64,000 nucleotides of DNA from assembly GCA_011391785.1 (NCBI GenBank), contig JAABPW010000228.1:9946-73945 (forward strand), given 5' to 3'. The notes beneath the pieces are model-generated. The model was given only the letters and a program-made list of their open reading frames with translations, ran no database searches and had not been told where the DNA came from. The position numbers and the translations under genes are program-made. Of the stretch, positions 49,486 through 58,837 are shown one piece after another. Position 1 is the stretch's first letter. Every line of letters begins with the position of its first letter. Origin of the DNA: Verrucomicrobiota bacterium (lineage in GTDB: Bacteria; Verrucomicrobiota; Kiritimatiellia; CAIKKV01; CAITUY01).

Positions 49486-52399
49486 GCGATATGCGACGAT
49501 GATCATCGGCGGGGCGTTGTGGCTGGCAGGGCAGACCGCCCCGGCCTTTGAGACAAACGCCCTGGCTCGCGCCATTGAGGACCTGTCGGCCTCGTTCCCG
49601 GCGCACTACACGCAGGGAGCTGATTTCCTGAAGCAATTGGCGGCGGTCCGCACCGAGGCTGAGTTCGCGGCCCTGGAGCGGAAGGCCCTGTTGGCCAATC
49701 CGCTTCTCGATTTCGACCAGGTGCTGGTGGTCAGGCGCGGCGCCGATAAGCTCGCCCTTCCCCAGAATTGGCAGGGAAACTGCGCCCTTCCTCCCAAAGG
49801 CTATCGCAACGACATCGCTGTCCTCTCCCTCTCCAACGGGGTTGCCAGGGCGCTCTTCACGCCGACCAACGGGGTGTTCGTCGGGGATGTGGATCTGGAT
49901 TTCGATGCCGACAAGCTCCTGTTCTCGATGCCTGATGACGCTGGCAACTGGCATGTCTGGGAACTGGTCGCGAACGGGGCCGGCCTTAAAAAGGTCACTC
50001 CCGATGAGCCGATGATTGACCAGTACGACGCCTGTTACCTGCCGGATGGCGGGATTATTTTCAACTCCACCGCCGCCGTTGCCGGGGTGCCCTGTGTCGG
50101 GGGCGGGACGGTTGTGGCCAACCTTTTCCGCATGTCGGCCGACCGGAGCACGATCCGGCGCCTATGCTTCGACCAGGAGCACAATTGGTGCCCCACGGTG
50201 TTGAATGACGGGCGTATCCTGTACACCCGCTGGGAATATACCGACACGCCGCATTACTTCACCCGCCTGCTGTTCTCGATGAATCCGGACGGAACGACCC
50301 AATCGGCCTACTATGGTAGCAATTCCTATTGGCCCAATTCCATCTTCTATGCGCGGCCCATTCCCGGTGTAGCGGGCAAGGTGGTTGGGATTGTCTCCGG
50401 TCACCACGGCGTGACGCGGATGGGGGATCTCATCCTGTTTGATCCGGGCTTCGGCCGCAACGAGTCCGCCGGGGTCGTCCAGCGTATTCCCGGGTTCGGG
50501 AAAAAGGTTGAACCGGTAATCAAGGATCAGCTGGTGGATGATGTCTGGCCGAAGTTCCTGCATCCCTATCCGCTGAGCGCGAAATATTTCCTGGTTTCCT
50601 GCAAGCCCGGACCCCATGAAAAGTGGGGGATATACCTGGTGGACGTTTTCGACAATAGGGTGCGGCTCTACGACGAGCCGGGCATGGCCATCCTGGAGCC
50701 CATCCCGTTCCGGAAGACCGTCAGGCCCCCGGTGATTCCCGACCGTGTCAATCTGGATGAAAAGGAAGCCACGGTCTATCTCAACGATGTCTATACGGGC
50801 CCCGGCCTCGCGGGTGTGCCTCGCGGGACAGTGACAAAACTTCGCGTCTACACCTATCATTTCGCCTACCCGGGAATGGGGGGGCATATCAACGTGGGGA
50901 TCGATGGCCCCTGGGATGTGCGCCGTTTACTGGGAACCGTGCCGGTCAATGCCGATGGCTCAGCATCGTTCAAGGTGCCTGCCAACATGCCCCTGGCCCT
51001 GCAGCCGCTGGACAAGGACGGGCAGGCCCTCCAGATCATGCGGAGCTGGTTCACCGCCATGCCCGGTGAGAGCGTGACCTGCGCGGGGTGTCATGAGAAG
51101 CAGAATACCACCCCGCCATCGCGACCGAACAAGGCGGTTCTGCAGAAACCGGTAACGATCACCCCGTGGTACGGTCCTTTCCGCGGTTTCAGCTTCACCC
51201 GCGAGGTGCAGCCGGTCCTGGACCGGAACTGCACCGGGTGTCATTCCCAATTCGCCGCGAACCAGCCCAAGATCGGCGGCTTTACCCGTTCCTATTTCGC
51301 CCTGCATCCCTTTGTGCGGCGGCCTGGCCCCGAGAGCGATTACCATATGCCGAAGCCCTACGAGTATCATGCAAGCACCAGTGAGCTGGTCCAGATGCTG
51401 CGCCAGGGGCATCATGGTGTCCGGCTCGACAAGGAGGACTGGGACCGCCTCACGACCTGGATCGACCTCAACGTCCCCGATCATGGCACATGGGGCGAGC
51501 ACCACTCCATCCCGGCAAACATGGAGACGTTGCGCCGGGACATGCTGAAGAAGTATGCGCAGATGGACGATAACCCGGAGGTGATCCCGGAGACGCCTGC
51601 CAGAAGCACTAAATTTGTCCCGCCCGCCGCGACGTCTCAGGAAAAACCGGCCGTCAAGGACTGGTCCGTTGATGCCCGCTGGGGCCAGGGACTGGCCCCT
51701 GAAATGAAATTCGATCTCGGGGAGGGGAAGGTTATGGAGCTGGTCCTGATCCCGGCGAAGAAGCCCTTCTATATGGGGCGTTTCGAGGTCGTGAATGCGC
51801 AGTACCGGCTGTTCGATCCGGATCATGACAGCGGTTATGTCCAGATCTTCAACAAGGACCGAACGGCCCGGGGGGTTCCGGTTAATGGGGCGGCCCAGCC
51901 TGTCGTGCGGGTCACCTGGCAGGAAGCCTCGGCTTTCTGTGCCTGGCTGTCGAAGAAAACGGGGAACAAATTCAAGCTGCCCGACGAAGATCAATGGGAA
52001 TGGGCCTGCCGCGCCGGAAAGGCGACCCCGATGTGGTACGGGGAGACCAACGCGGATTTTGCAACGTTCGCCAATCTGGCGGATACCAACCTGGCAGAAT
52101 TAACCCCCGGGAATTCCCCGAAATGGATTCCGGCGATCCGGACGGTCGATGACGGGGTGGCGGCAACGGCCGGGGTGGGGCGCTATCTGCCGAATCCGTG
52201 GGGACTTTACGACATGCACGGGAATGCCGCGGAATGGACCTCGTCCGTGACCCGCGAGGGGGAGCGGATCTGTCGGGGCGGCTCCTTCTATGACCGTCCG
52301 AAACGGGCCACCGCCAGTTCGTACCGCGGCTATCTTCCTTTCCAGCCGGTTTTTGATGTCGGGTTCAGGGTAATCATGGAACTTCCCGATCGTAAATGA
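49469..52399 (+). CDS. secreted TolB-like beta-propeller / CxxCH (PSCyt1-like) protein fused to a C-terminal FGE-sulfatase (formylglycine-generating enzyme family) domain, paralog C
   Basis: 976 aa; GTG start with GGAGG RBS, overlapping the AKR stop; propeller blocks paralogous to A/B; TCAGCHEKQ and NCTGCHSQ; C-terminal ~270 aa is FGE-like (RVTWQEASAFCAWL...WEWACRAG...MHGNAAEWTSS...RGGSF). Confidence 0.8.
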   Translation: MNRYAKRYATMIIGGALWLAGQTAPAFETNALARAIEDLSASFPAHYTQGADFLKQLAAVRTEAEFAALERKALLANPLLDFDQVLVVRRGADKLALPQNWQGNCALPPKGYRNDIAVLSLSNGVARALFTPTNGVFVGDVDLDFDADKLLFSMPDDAGNWHVWELVANGAGLKKVTPDEPMIDQYDACYLPDGGIIFNSTAAVAGVPCVGGGTVVANLFRMSADRSTIRRLCFDQEHNWCPTVLNDGRILYTRWEYTDTPHYFTRLLFSMNPDGTTQSAYYGSNSYWPNSIFYARPIPGVAGKVVGIVSGHHGVTRMGDLILFDPGFGRNESAGVVQRIPGFGKKVEPVIKDQLVDDVWPKFLHPYPLSAKYFLVSCKPGPHEKWGIYLVDVFDNRVRLYDEPGMAILEPIPFRKTVRPPVIPDRVNLDEKEATVYLNDVYTGPGLAGVPRGTVTKLRVYTYHFAYPGMGGHINVGIDGPWDVRRLLGTVPVNADGSASFKVPANMPLALQPLDKDGQALQIMRSWFTAMPGESVTCAGCHEKQNTTPPSRPNKAVLQKPVTITPWYGPFRGFSFTREVQPVLDRNCTGCHSQFAANQPKIGGFTRSYFALHPFVRRPGPESDYHMPKPYEYHASTSELVQMLRQGHHGVRLDKEDWDRLTTWIDLNVPDHGTWGEHHSIPANMETLRRDMLKKYAQMDDNPEVIPETPARSTKFVPPAATSQEKPAVKDWSVDARWGQGLAPEMKFDLGEGKVMELVLIPAKKPFYMGRFEVVNAQYRLFDPDHDSGYVQIFNKDRTARGVPVNGAAQPVVRVTWQEASAFCAWLSKKTGNKFKLPDEDQWEWACRAGKATPMWYGETNADFATFANLADTNLAELTPGNSPKWIPAIRTVDDGVAATAGVGRYLPNPWGLYDMHGNAAEWTSSVTREGERICRGGSFYDRPKRATASSYRGYLPFQPVFDVGFRVIMELPDRK

Positions 52400-52455
52400 T
52401 ACTCTCAACCCCGTTGCCCTGGGAGGGGGGCTGTCTGCATCGAGAAGGGGGAGGC

Positions 52456-54792
52456 ATGAGTATCAGGTTTGATCGTCTCTGTTCCATATTCGTGCTGATA
52501 TCGGCTGTTCCCGTGTTTGCCGCGGACGTGTCGCCGTCGCTGCCTGAGGTGGCGAAGCAATCGGTCCTGTTCGTCACGCGCCACCAATACCAGCGCGACC
52601 ACCATAACACGCACGATTTCTTTCCCGTGGCGGAGCATGAATTCAACCTGGGTGAATTCACGCCCGGCAGCGCCATGAAGATTATCGAGCTGCCGTCGCG
52701 GAAGATCACCACCCTCCTGGAAACGAAGACGGGCGTCATCCGCGACCCGGACCTGAGTTATGATGCCCGGAAAATTGTCTTCTCCATGCGCCGCGACACT
52801 CAGGACAGTTATCACATCTACGAGATCAATGTCGATGGGACGGGCTTGAGGCAACTGACGTCGCTGAAGGATGCCGATGATCTCGACCCGGTCATCCTGC
52901 CGGATGGCCACATCCTGTTCAGCTCTACCCGGGAACCGAAGTACTGCCTCTGCAACCGGCATATCATGGGCAACCTGTACCGCATGGAGCCGGATGGCGC
53001 CAACATCATCCAGATCAGCAAGAACACGCTGTTCGACAACAAGCCCTCCGTGATGCCGGATGGACGGATCCTCTATACGCGCTGGGAATATGTCGACCGC
53101 GAGCAGCTGAGCGCCCAGGGCCTGTGGGTCTGCAATCCCGACGGCACGCGTCACCAGTTGATCTGGGGGAACAACACGCAAAGTCCGGGCGGCATCCAGG
53201 ATGGCCGCATCATTCCTGGCACCCGTCAGCAGATCGTGTGCACCTTCTCTCCCTGCCACGACAGGAGCTGGGGGGCGATTGCCCTTATCAACCGATCCCT
53301 CGGCATGGACGGTCCGAAGCCCGTGGTGAAGATCTGGCCCGCCTCCGCCCGCCGCCTGATTGCGGAGGTCGGTTCCTGTGATGCCTTTGCCGTATGTAAT
53401 CCCAAGTACGAGGATCCCTATCCCCTGACGTATCCCGGGACCGGAATCGCGGGCCGCTATTTCCTCAGCATCCGAACCATCGGCAAGGGCGAAAAAACCG
53501 CGATCGTCCTGCTTGATGCCGAAGGCGAGGATGTTGTCCTGCACGAGGAGGTGGGGCCGCTGGGTTGCTTTGACCCCATGCCGGTGAGGGCAAGGGAAAA
53601 GCCGCCCGTTGTCCCGGCGCAACGCAAATACGATATTGGATCGGAAGGGGCCTTGTATATTTCCGACGTCTATAACGGAACCCACATGCAGGGGATCGCC
53701 AGGGGCGATGCCAAGTTCCTGCGAATTGTCGAAACGCCGGAAAAACGGTTTTACGTGCTACGGCATACCTGGACCGCCCCGGCCATCAACTGGAATGAAT
53801 TCAACACCAAGAGGATCATCGGCACCGTGCCGGTGGAGGAGGATGGCTCTGCCTATTTCACCGTTCCGTCCGAGAAATTCGTCTACTTCCAGTTGCTCGA
53901 CAAGGATGGCATGATGATCCAGTCCATGCGCAGCGGCACCTATGTCCAGCCGGGAGAAACGCAAGGGTGCAACGGCTGCCACGAGAACCGCCTGTCCACC
54001 CCGCTCACGCGCCCTGACAAGTCGGCGGCCTTGAGGAAGAAGCCCGCGGTCCCCTCAGGATGGTACGGGAGCAGGGAGTCCTTCAATTTCCTGTCCGCGA
54101 TCCAACCCATCCTGGACCAGCACTGCCTGAAGTGTCATGACTACGGCGGGCAGGGGGCCAGGAAAGTTGTGCTTGCGGGAGATAAGAGCGTCCCTTTCAA
54201 TGTGTCCTACATGGAACTGCACCGCAAAAAATATCTCGGCAGCATCGGGGCCGGCCCGGTTCCCATTTTCCAGCCGAAAACATGGGGATCCCATGCCAGT
54301 AAACTCATCGACATCCTGCGGAAGGGGCACAAGGAGGTGCGCCTGTCGCGGGAAGAACTCGACAAGATCATCACCTGGGTTGATCTCAATGCCCCTTATT
54401 ACCCCTCCTTTGCCTGTTCCTTCCCGGACAATGTGACGGGGCGCTGTCCGTTGAACGACGAGGAGTTGACGCGGCTCGAACAGATGACCGGGCGACCGGA
54501 CCTGATCGCCAGCCTCAATGAATGGGCCTGGAAAGCGCCTGAACCATTCCTGAATTTCGACCGGCCGGCCCTGAGCCCGATCATGCAGGCCGTTCCTGCG
54601 AAGGACAAGGAAACCGCCTTGAAGATCATTCAGACTGGCGCATTGCGTCTAAGGGACAAGCCTCGCGCCGACATGCCCGGGTTCAAGTTGTCGGGCCTCG
54701 ATGAATGGCGTGAAGAGAAGTATCAGAAGCGCCTTGGCCGTGAAGCGGTCAACCGGGAGGCCGTGACCAAGGGTAAAAAGGTCTATGATTGA
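52456..54792 (+). CDS. secreted TolB-like beta-propeller protein with two CxxCH motifs (PSCyt1-like), paralog B
   Basis: ~778 aa from MSIRFDRLCSIFVLISAVPVFAADV (RBS GGGGAGG); closest paralog of 38113-40584. Confidence 0.8.
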   Translation: MSIRFDRLCSIFVLISAVPVFAADVSPSLPEVAKQSVLFVTRHQYQRDHHNTHDFFPVAEHEFNLGEFTPGSAMKIIELPSRKITTLLETKTGVIRDPDLSYDARKIVFSMRRDTQDSYHIYEINVDGTGLRQLTSLKDADDLDPVILPDGHILFSSTREPKYCLCNRHIMGNLYRMEPDGANIIQISKNTLFDNKPSVMPDGRILYTRWEYVDREQLSAQGLWVCNPDGTRHQLIWGNNTQSPGGIQDGRIIPGTRQQIVCTFSPCHDRSWGAIALINRSLGMDGPKPVVKIWPASARRLIAEVGSCDAFAVCNPKYEDPYPLTYPGTGIAGRYFLSIRTIGKGEKTAIVLLDAEGEDVVLHEEVGPLGCFDPMPVRAREKPPVVPAQRKYDIGSEGALYISDVYNGTHMQGIARGDAKFLRIVETPEKRFYVLRHTWTAPAINWNEFNTKRIIGTVPVEEDGSAYFTVPSEKFVYFQLLDKDGMMIQSMRSGTYVQPGETQGCNGCHENRLSTPLTRPDKSAALRKKPAVPSGWYGSRESFNFLSAIQPILDQHCLKCHDYGGQGARKVVLAGDKSVPFNVSYMELHRKKYLGSIGAGPVPIFQPKTWGSHASKLIDILRKGHKEVRLSREELDKIITWVDLNAPYYPSFACSFPDNVTGRCPLNDEELTRLEQMTGRPDLIASLNEWAWKAPEPFLNFDRPALSPIMQAVPAKDKETALKIIQTGALRLRDKPRADMPGFKLSGLDEWREEKYQKRLGREAVNREAVTKGKKVYD

Positions 54793-54910
54793 GCCACGGC
54801 GCCCTATTGAATAACCACCCGAAAGTGGGGGTTCCAATATTCTTATTTCGGGTTACCTTTAAGCAAATGACCGAGATGGGGTGTCTACTATGGAGAAGGG
54901 GATAATTTTA

Positions 54911-56770
54911 ATGAAAAACTATCTGCGGTTTACGATGTCGGGTGTTGGGGCTGTCCTGGTGTGTGTCCTTGTGTCCCAGGCCCGGGCGGGATGGTTCAGT
55001 GCAAAAAGCGAAGCCCGTTATTATTCCCCTTGCGCCGTTGTGGCATCCGACGATGGTAACGATGTGTTCGTGGCCGAATATTCCGCCAACCAAGTGGTCC
55101 AGGCTGATGTTGTCAAGGGAGGCCTGAAGCGCACCATTGCCACAAAACTACCCCCGTCCGGTCTTGCCCTGGATTCCAGGTCCGGTGTCCTGTTTGTCAC
55201 ACTGGAGTCAAACGAGGGACAGGTTGTCCTGATCGACACCCGCACGGGAAAGCTGGAAGCCCGGATTGCCGTTGGCCATACCCCGCTTGCGCCGGCGTTG
55301 AGTCCCGACGGGAAGACCCTGGCCGTCTGCAACCGGTTCAATAACAATGTCAGCCTGATTGACGTCCCTTCCCGCAAGGAATCGGGGCGGGTTGCCGTTT
55401 CCCGGGAGCCCGTGGCGGCGGCCTTCTCGCCCGATGGTCGTCAGCTCCTGATCGCCAGCCATTTGCCGTCCATGCCCGCCAATGGCGACTATAGCGCTTC
55501 GGTCGTTACGGTGATTGATCCTGCCACGCGGCTTGTGGTGACCAACCTGACGCTTCCCAACGGGTCCACCGGGCTCCGGGGCCTGTGCGTTTCGCCCGAT
55601 GGCCGGTATGCCTATGTGACCCATACGCTTGGCCGGTATCAGTTGCCGACCACCCAGCTCGAGCGGGGGTGGATGAACACCAGCGCCATCAGCATTATTG
55701 ACCTGCAGGGCGTGAAGATGCTGTCCACCGTGCTGCTGGATGACGTTGACCTGGGGGCGGCTAATCCTTGGGGGGTGGCCTGTACGACCAATGGGGCGCT
55801 GTTGTGTGTGGCTCAGGCGGGCACGCACGAGGTCAGTGTGATTGACCGCAATGCCCTCCATGAACGCCTTGGCCGTGTTGCCAAGGGCGAGAAAGTCGGA
55901 GTGTCCCTGTCGCTGGAGGATGTCCCGAATGACCTGAGTTTCCTGGTCGGGATCCGGCAACGCGTCAAGCTGCCCGGGAACGGGCCCCGCGGGTTATGCC
56001 TGGCCGGTGACCTCGCGGTCGCGGGGATGTACTTCAGCGACAATCTGGCGGTTGTGTCGCTGACGACCACCCCGGTGGTGGCCCGCGAGGTGTCGCTTGG
56101 GCCCAAGACACCGCTTTCCGAGGAACGCAAGGGAGAGATGTATTTCAATGACGCCGCGTTCTGTTTCCAGGAATGGCAGAGCTGCGCGAGCTGTCACCCC
56201 GACGGAAGGGCAGATGCCCTGAACTGGGACCTGCTCAATGACGGGATTGGAAACCCGAAGAATACCAAGAACATGCTGCTGAGCGTTCAAACTCCGCCCT
56301 CGATGAGCCTCGCGGTGCGTGCGGATGCGGCCATGGGGGTTCGGGCAGGACTCAAGTTCATCCAGTTCTCCATGCGGCCTGAGGAGGATGCCCTGGCGAT
56401 TGATGCGTACCTGACCAAGATGAAGCCGGTTCCCAGCCCCTATCTCGAGAAAGGCAAGCTTAGCAAGGCCGCCCGCCGTGGCGAAAAGGTGTTCAGGAAG
56501 GCCAACTGCGCCACCTGTCATTCCGGCTCACTCTACACCGACCTCCAGACCCATGAGATGGGTATGGGGCAGGGGATGGACAAGGATAAGCCTTTTGATA
56601 CACCCACCCTTGTGGAGTGCTGGCGCACAGCGCCGTTTCTTCATGACGGGCGGGCCTCCACGATGAAGGAGCTGTTCCAGGAATTTAATAAGGATGACGT
56701 TCACGGTGACACCAGCAAGTTGTCGCCGCGGGAGCTGGATGACCTGGTGGAGTTTGTATTGTCGTTGTGA
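54911..56770 (+). CDS. secreted YVTN-family beta-propeller fused to a di-heme cytochrome c peroxidase (CCP/MauG-family) domain
   Basis: ~619 aa from MKNYLRF (RBS GAAGGGGA); N-terminal YVTN/PQQ-like repeats (SPDGKTLAVCNRFNNNVSLID, SPDGRQLLIASH, SPDGRYAYVTH); C-terminal CASCHPDG and CATCHSG with the CCP signature FDTPTLVECWRTAPFLHDGRASTMKE. Confidence 0.8.
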   Translation: MKNYLRFTMSGVGAVLVCVLVSQARAGWFSAKSEARYYSPCAVVASDDGNDVFVAEYSANQVVQADVVKGGLKRTIATKLPPSGLALDSRSGVLFVTLESNEGQVVLIDTRTGKLEARIAVGHTPLAPALSPDGKTLAVCNRFNNNVSLIDVPSRKESGRVAVSREPVAAAFSPDGRQLLIASHLPSMPANGDYSASVVTVIDPATRLVVTNLTLPNGSTGLRGLCVSPDGRYAYVTHTLGRYQLPTTQLERGWMNTSAISIIDLQGVKMLSTVLLDDVDLGAANPWGVACTTNGALLCVAQAGTHEVSVIDRNALHERLGRVAKGEKVGVSLSLEDVPNDLSFLVGIRQRVKLPGNGPRGLCLAGDLAVAGMYFSDNLAVVSLTTTPVVAREVSLGPKTPLSEERKGEMYFNDAAFCFQEWQSCASCHPDGRADALNWDLLNDGIGNPKNTKNMLLSVQTPPSMSLAVRADAAMGVRAGLKFIQFSMRPEEDALAIDAYLTKMKPVPSPYLEKGKLSKAARRGEKVFRKANCATCHSGSLYTDLQTHEMGMGQGMDKDKPFDTPTLVECWRTAPFLHDGRASTMKELFQEFNKDDVHGDTSKLSPRELDDLVEFVLSL

Positions 56771-56790
56771 TGGGGGGAGGGGGAACCACA

Positions 56791-57873
56791 ATGAAACTGC
56801 CGGAAAAAGATGTGGCGCGTTTTGTACGCCCGATCGGGCACTGCGGCGTAACGGAAGCCTGTCTCGGTGTGCAGCGTCTTGGCGACGACCCGATGTCGGT
56901 TTTCCAGGGGTTCCCTCAGGAACCCGGGGAAGTAGCGGCCCAACTGGTTTTTGGAGGGTGTCAATTCCAGGAAGCCGGCCAGGCGCTCATGGGCGGGGCC
57001 AAGTGGCCGATGATGTGGCTTCAGGGTGATCCGTGCGATGGGAAGCACGTGGCCGGGCTCCAAGCCCTGCTGCTCAAGGGTGCGTCCATCAGGCGGCTCC
57101 AGTTGGACGGTGCGGTGGTCGGATCGGCCTGGTCTGACGAGGATGCCGACTATTGCCTGCTGGCCGGGATTATGCCTTCCGATTTGTCTGCCTCCCGTAG
57201 CGATCAGGCGCGGCAGGTCTTTGAGCGGATCGAGACGGTCCTCAGGCAGGCGGACATGGGTTTTGACGACGTGATCCGAACCTGGCTGTATCTGGATCAC
57301 CTGCTCGACTGGTATGGGGATTTCAATGTCGTCCGCACCCGGTTTTTCGAGGAACGTGGCGTGATGGGGAAGCGGGTTCCTGCGAGCACCGGAATCGGAG
57401 CCCGCAATCCGCTCGGTTCGGCGATTGTGGCGGGTGCCCTGGCGATCCGCCCGAAACACAAGGGTGTCAAGATCACGCTGGTATCCTCGCCGCTCCAGTG
57501 TTCCGCCCTGGAGTACAAGAGTACCTTCAGTCGCGCGGTTGAATTGGAGTTTCCCGGGCGGCGCCAGCTGCTCATCTCCGGCACGGCGAGCATTGCCCCG
57601 GGGGGCGAATCGGTGCACCGGGGTGATACGGCGGCCCAGATCGAACTGACCATGAAGGTGGTTGCCGCCATCCTGGAGTCACGGGGCATGACGTGGAAGG
57701 ACACGACGCGCGCCATCGGTTATTTCCAGGACATGAAGGATGCCCCGCTGCTGGCGGAGTATTGCCGGGCAAACGGGATCAAGGACTTCCCGGTGGTCAA
57801 CGCCCACGCCACCGTCTGCCGCGATGATCTTCTCTTCGAGATCGAACTGGACGCCGCCGTTACCTGCTGCTAA
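56791..57873 (+). CDS. tandem RidA/YjgF-like (Rid family) protein
   Basis: ~360 aa from MKLPEKDV (G-rich RBS); two YjgF-like repeats (IRTWLYLDHLLDWYGDFNVVRTRFF, AIGYFQDMKDAPLLAEYC...VVNAHATVCRDDLLFEIELDA); assignment by motif resemblance only. Confidence 0.5.
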   Translation: MKLPEKDVARFVRPIGHCGVTEACLGVQRLGDDPMSVFQGFPQEPGEVAAQLVFGGCQFQEAGQALMGGAKWPMMWLQGDPCDGKHVAGLQALLLKGASIRRLQLDGAVVGSAWSDEDADYCLLAGIMPSDLSASRSDQARQVFERIETVLRQADMGFDDVIRTWLYLDHLLDWYGDFNVVRTRFFEERGVMGKRVPASTGIGARNPLGSAIVAGALAIRPKHKGVKITLVSSPLQCSALEYKSTFSRAVELEFPGRRQLLISGTASIAPGGESVHRGDTAAQIELTMKVVAAILESRGMTWKDTTRAIGYFQDMKDAPLLAEYCRANGIKDFPVVNAHATVCRDDLLFEIELDAAVTCC

Positions 57874-57962
57874 TCCGGCTACTAAATAGTGGCGATTCCC
57901 GCACGACGAGCAAGATTCACCACCCGCTTCGCTAGAGGCGCGGAGACGCAGAGAAGAAAATG

Positions 57963-58009
57963 TTGCGGGAATTATGCCCGCGGAAATACCGTGGGCATAA
58001 TTCCCGCAA
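57963..58009. repeat. 17-bp perfect inverted repeat with 13-nt spacer (TTGCGGGAATTATGCCC ... GGGCATAATTCCCGCAA)
   Basis: read directly; lies at the GC-content boundary downstream of the RidA-like gene; no T-run follows. Confidence 0.7.
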
Positions 58010-58054
58010 CCCCTCTGGTGGAGAATTCCCAAGAGGAAAAGGATCCTAACGTCC

Positions 58055-58078
58055 CCCTCTCCCGCGTGCGGGAGAGGG
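58055..58078. terminator. GC-rich hairpin (CCCTCTCCCGC-gt-GCGGGAGAGGG), possible terminator for the minus-strand gene 58234-58821
   Basis: ~10-bp stem; on the minus strand it is followed by the T-rich GGATCCTTTTCCTCTT. Confidence 0.4.
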
Positions 58079-58233
58079 CTGGGGTGAGGGGTTCTGATCT
58101 CCGTCCTCTGTTATTCGTCACATTCGGGCTGTTTTTCAGTGCGTTTCTTTCCTGAGGCCGAACTGCCGACATGTCTTTATGGCTCTCCAAGAAGATGGAT
58201 ATATGACTATCAACTCACCTTCGGAGTAAAGCG

Positions 58234-58821
58234 TTACAAGCCACTCTCGAGGGGGCCAGCGGGCTCCGAAGCGGGTGCGTTTGTTGGTTCGACGATCTCT
58301 ATGGTGAAGACTTCCGTTGTGGCGGGTGGGTTCCAGCCGCGAGTAGACGCCCTGCGAGCCTGGCATTTGCGCGCCTCTTGGAAAATGTAGGAAATACCCC
58401 GTCTATGAAAATAACAGGAGGCACTTGTTTGATATTCCGGATGCTCTTGGCGGAAGTCAGCGATTCGCAGAATCAGCTGGTATTCATCTTCGCCATTAGG
58501 CCATTCGAGCCCGCGATGATCTCCAAATTCCGTCCAGCCGCTGTGTTCCAGAATTCTGCTGTTAATTATGTTGTTCAGACGATCAACGGCTCCGGGTAAA
58601 TCATTCTTTCGCTGGAGCAATTCCACAACAGATTGGAACTCGTCCAGCGTGTGATTGTTCTCGGCTCGGTTTTCGTATAACGAAGCTTCCAGGCATTGCT
58701 CCAGATATTGTAGGCGTTGGCGATCTGCAGGTTGCCCATGGGTCCACCCTATGAGGATGCCAAGACCAATGACTATGACTTGCAGAGCAATAAGGAGTAT
58801 GATTTTTCCATTTATCTTCAT
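58234..58821 (-). CDS. hypothetical N-terminally anchored protein
   Basis: 195 aa; MKINGKIILLIALQVIVIGLGILIGW signal anchor; RBS AAGGAA; immediately downstream of promoter cassette 1. Confidence 0.6.
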   Translation of the reverse strand: MKINGKIILLIALQVIVIGLGILIGWTHGQPADRQRLQYLEQCLEASLYENRAENNHTLDEFQSVVELLQRKNDLPGAVDRLNNIINSRILEHSGWTEFGDHRGLEWPNGEDEYQLILRIADFRQEHPEYQTSASCYFHRRGISYIFQEARKCQARRASTRGWNPPATTEVFTIEIVEPTNAPASEPAGPLESGL

Positions 58822-58837
58822 CCGTTCCTTACCTGGT

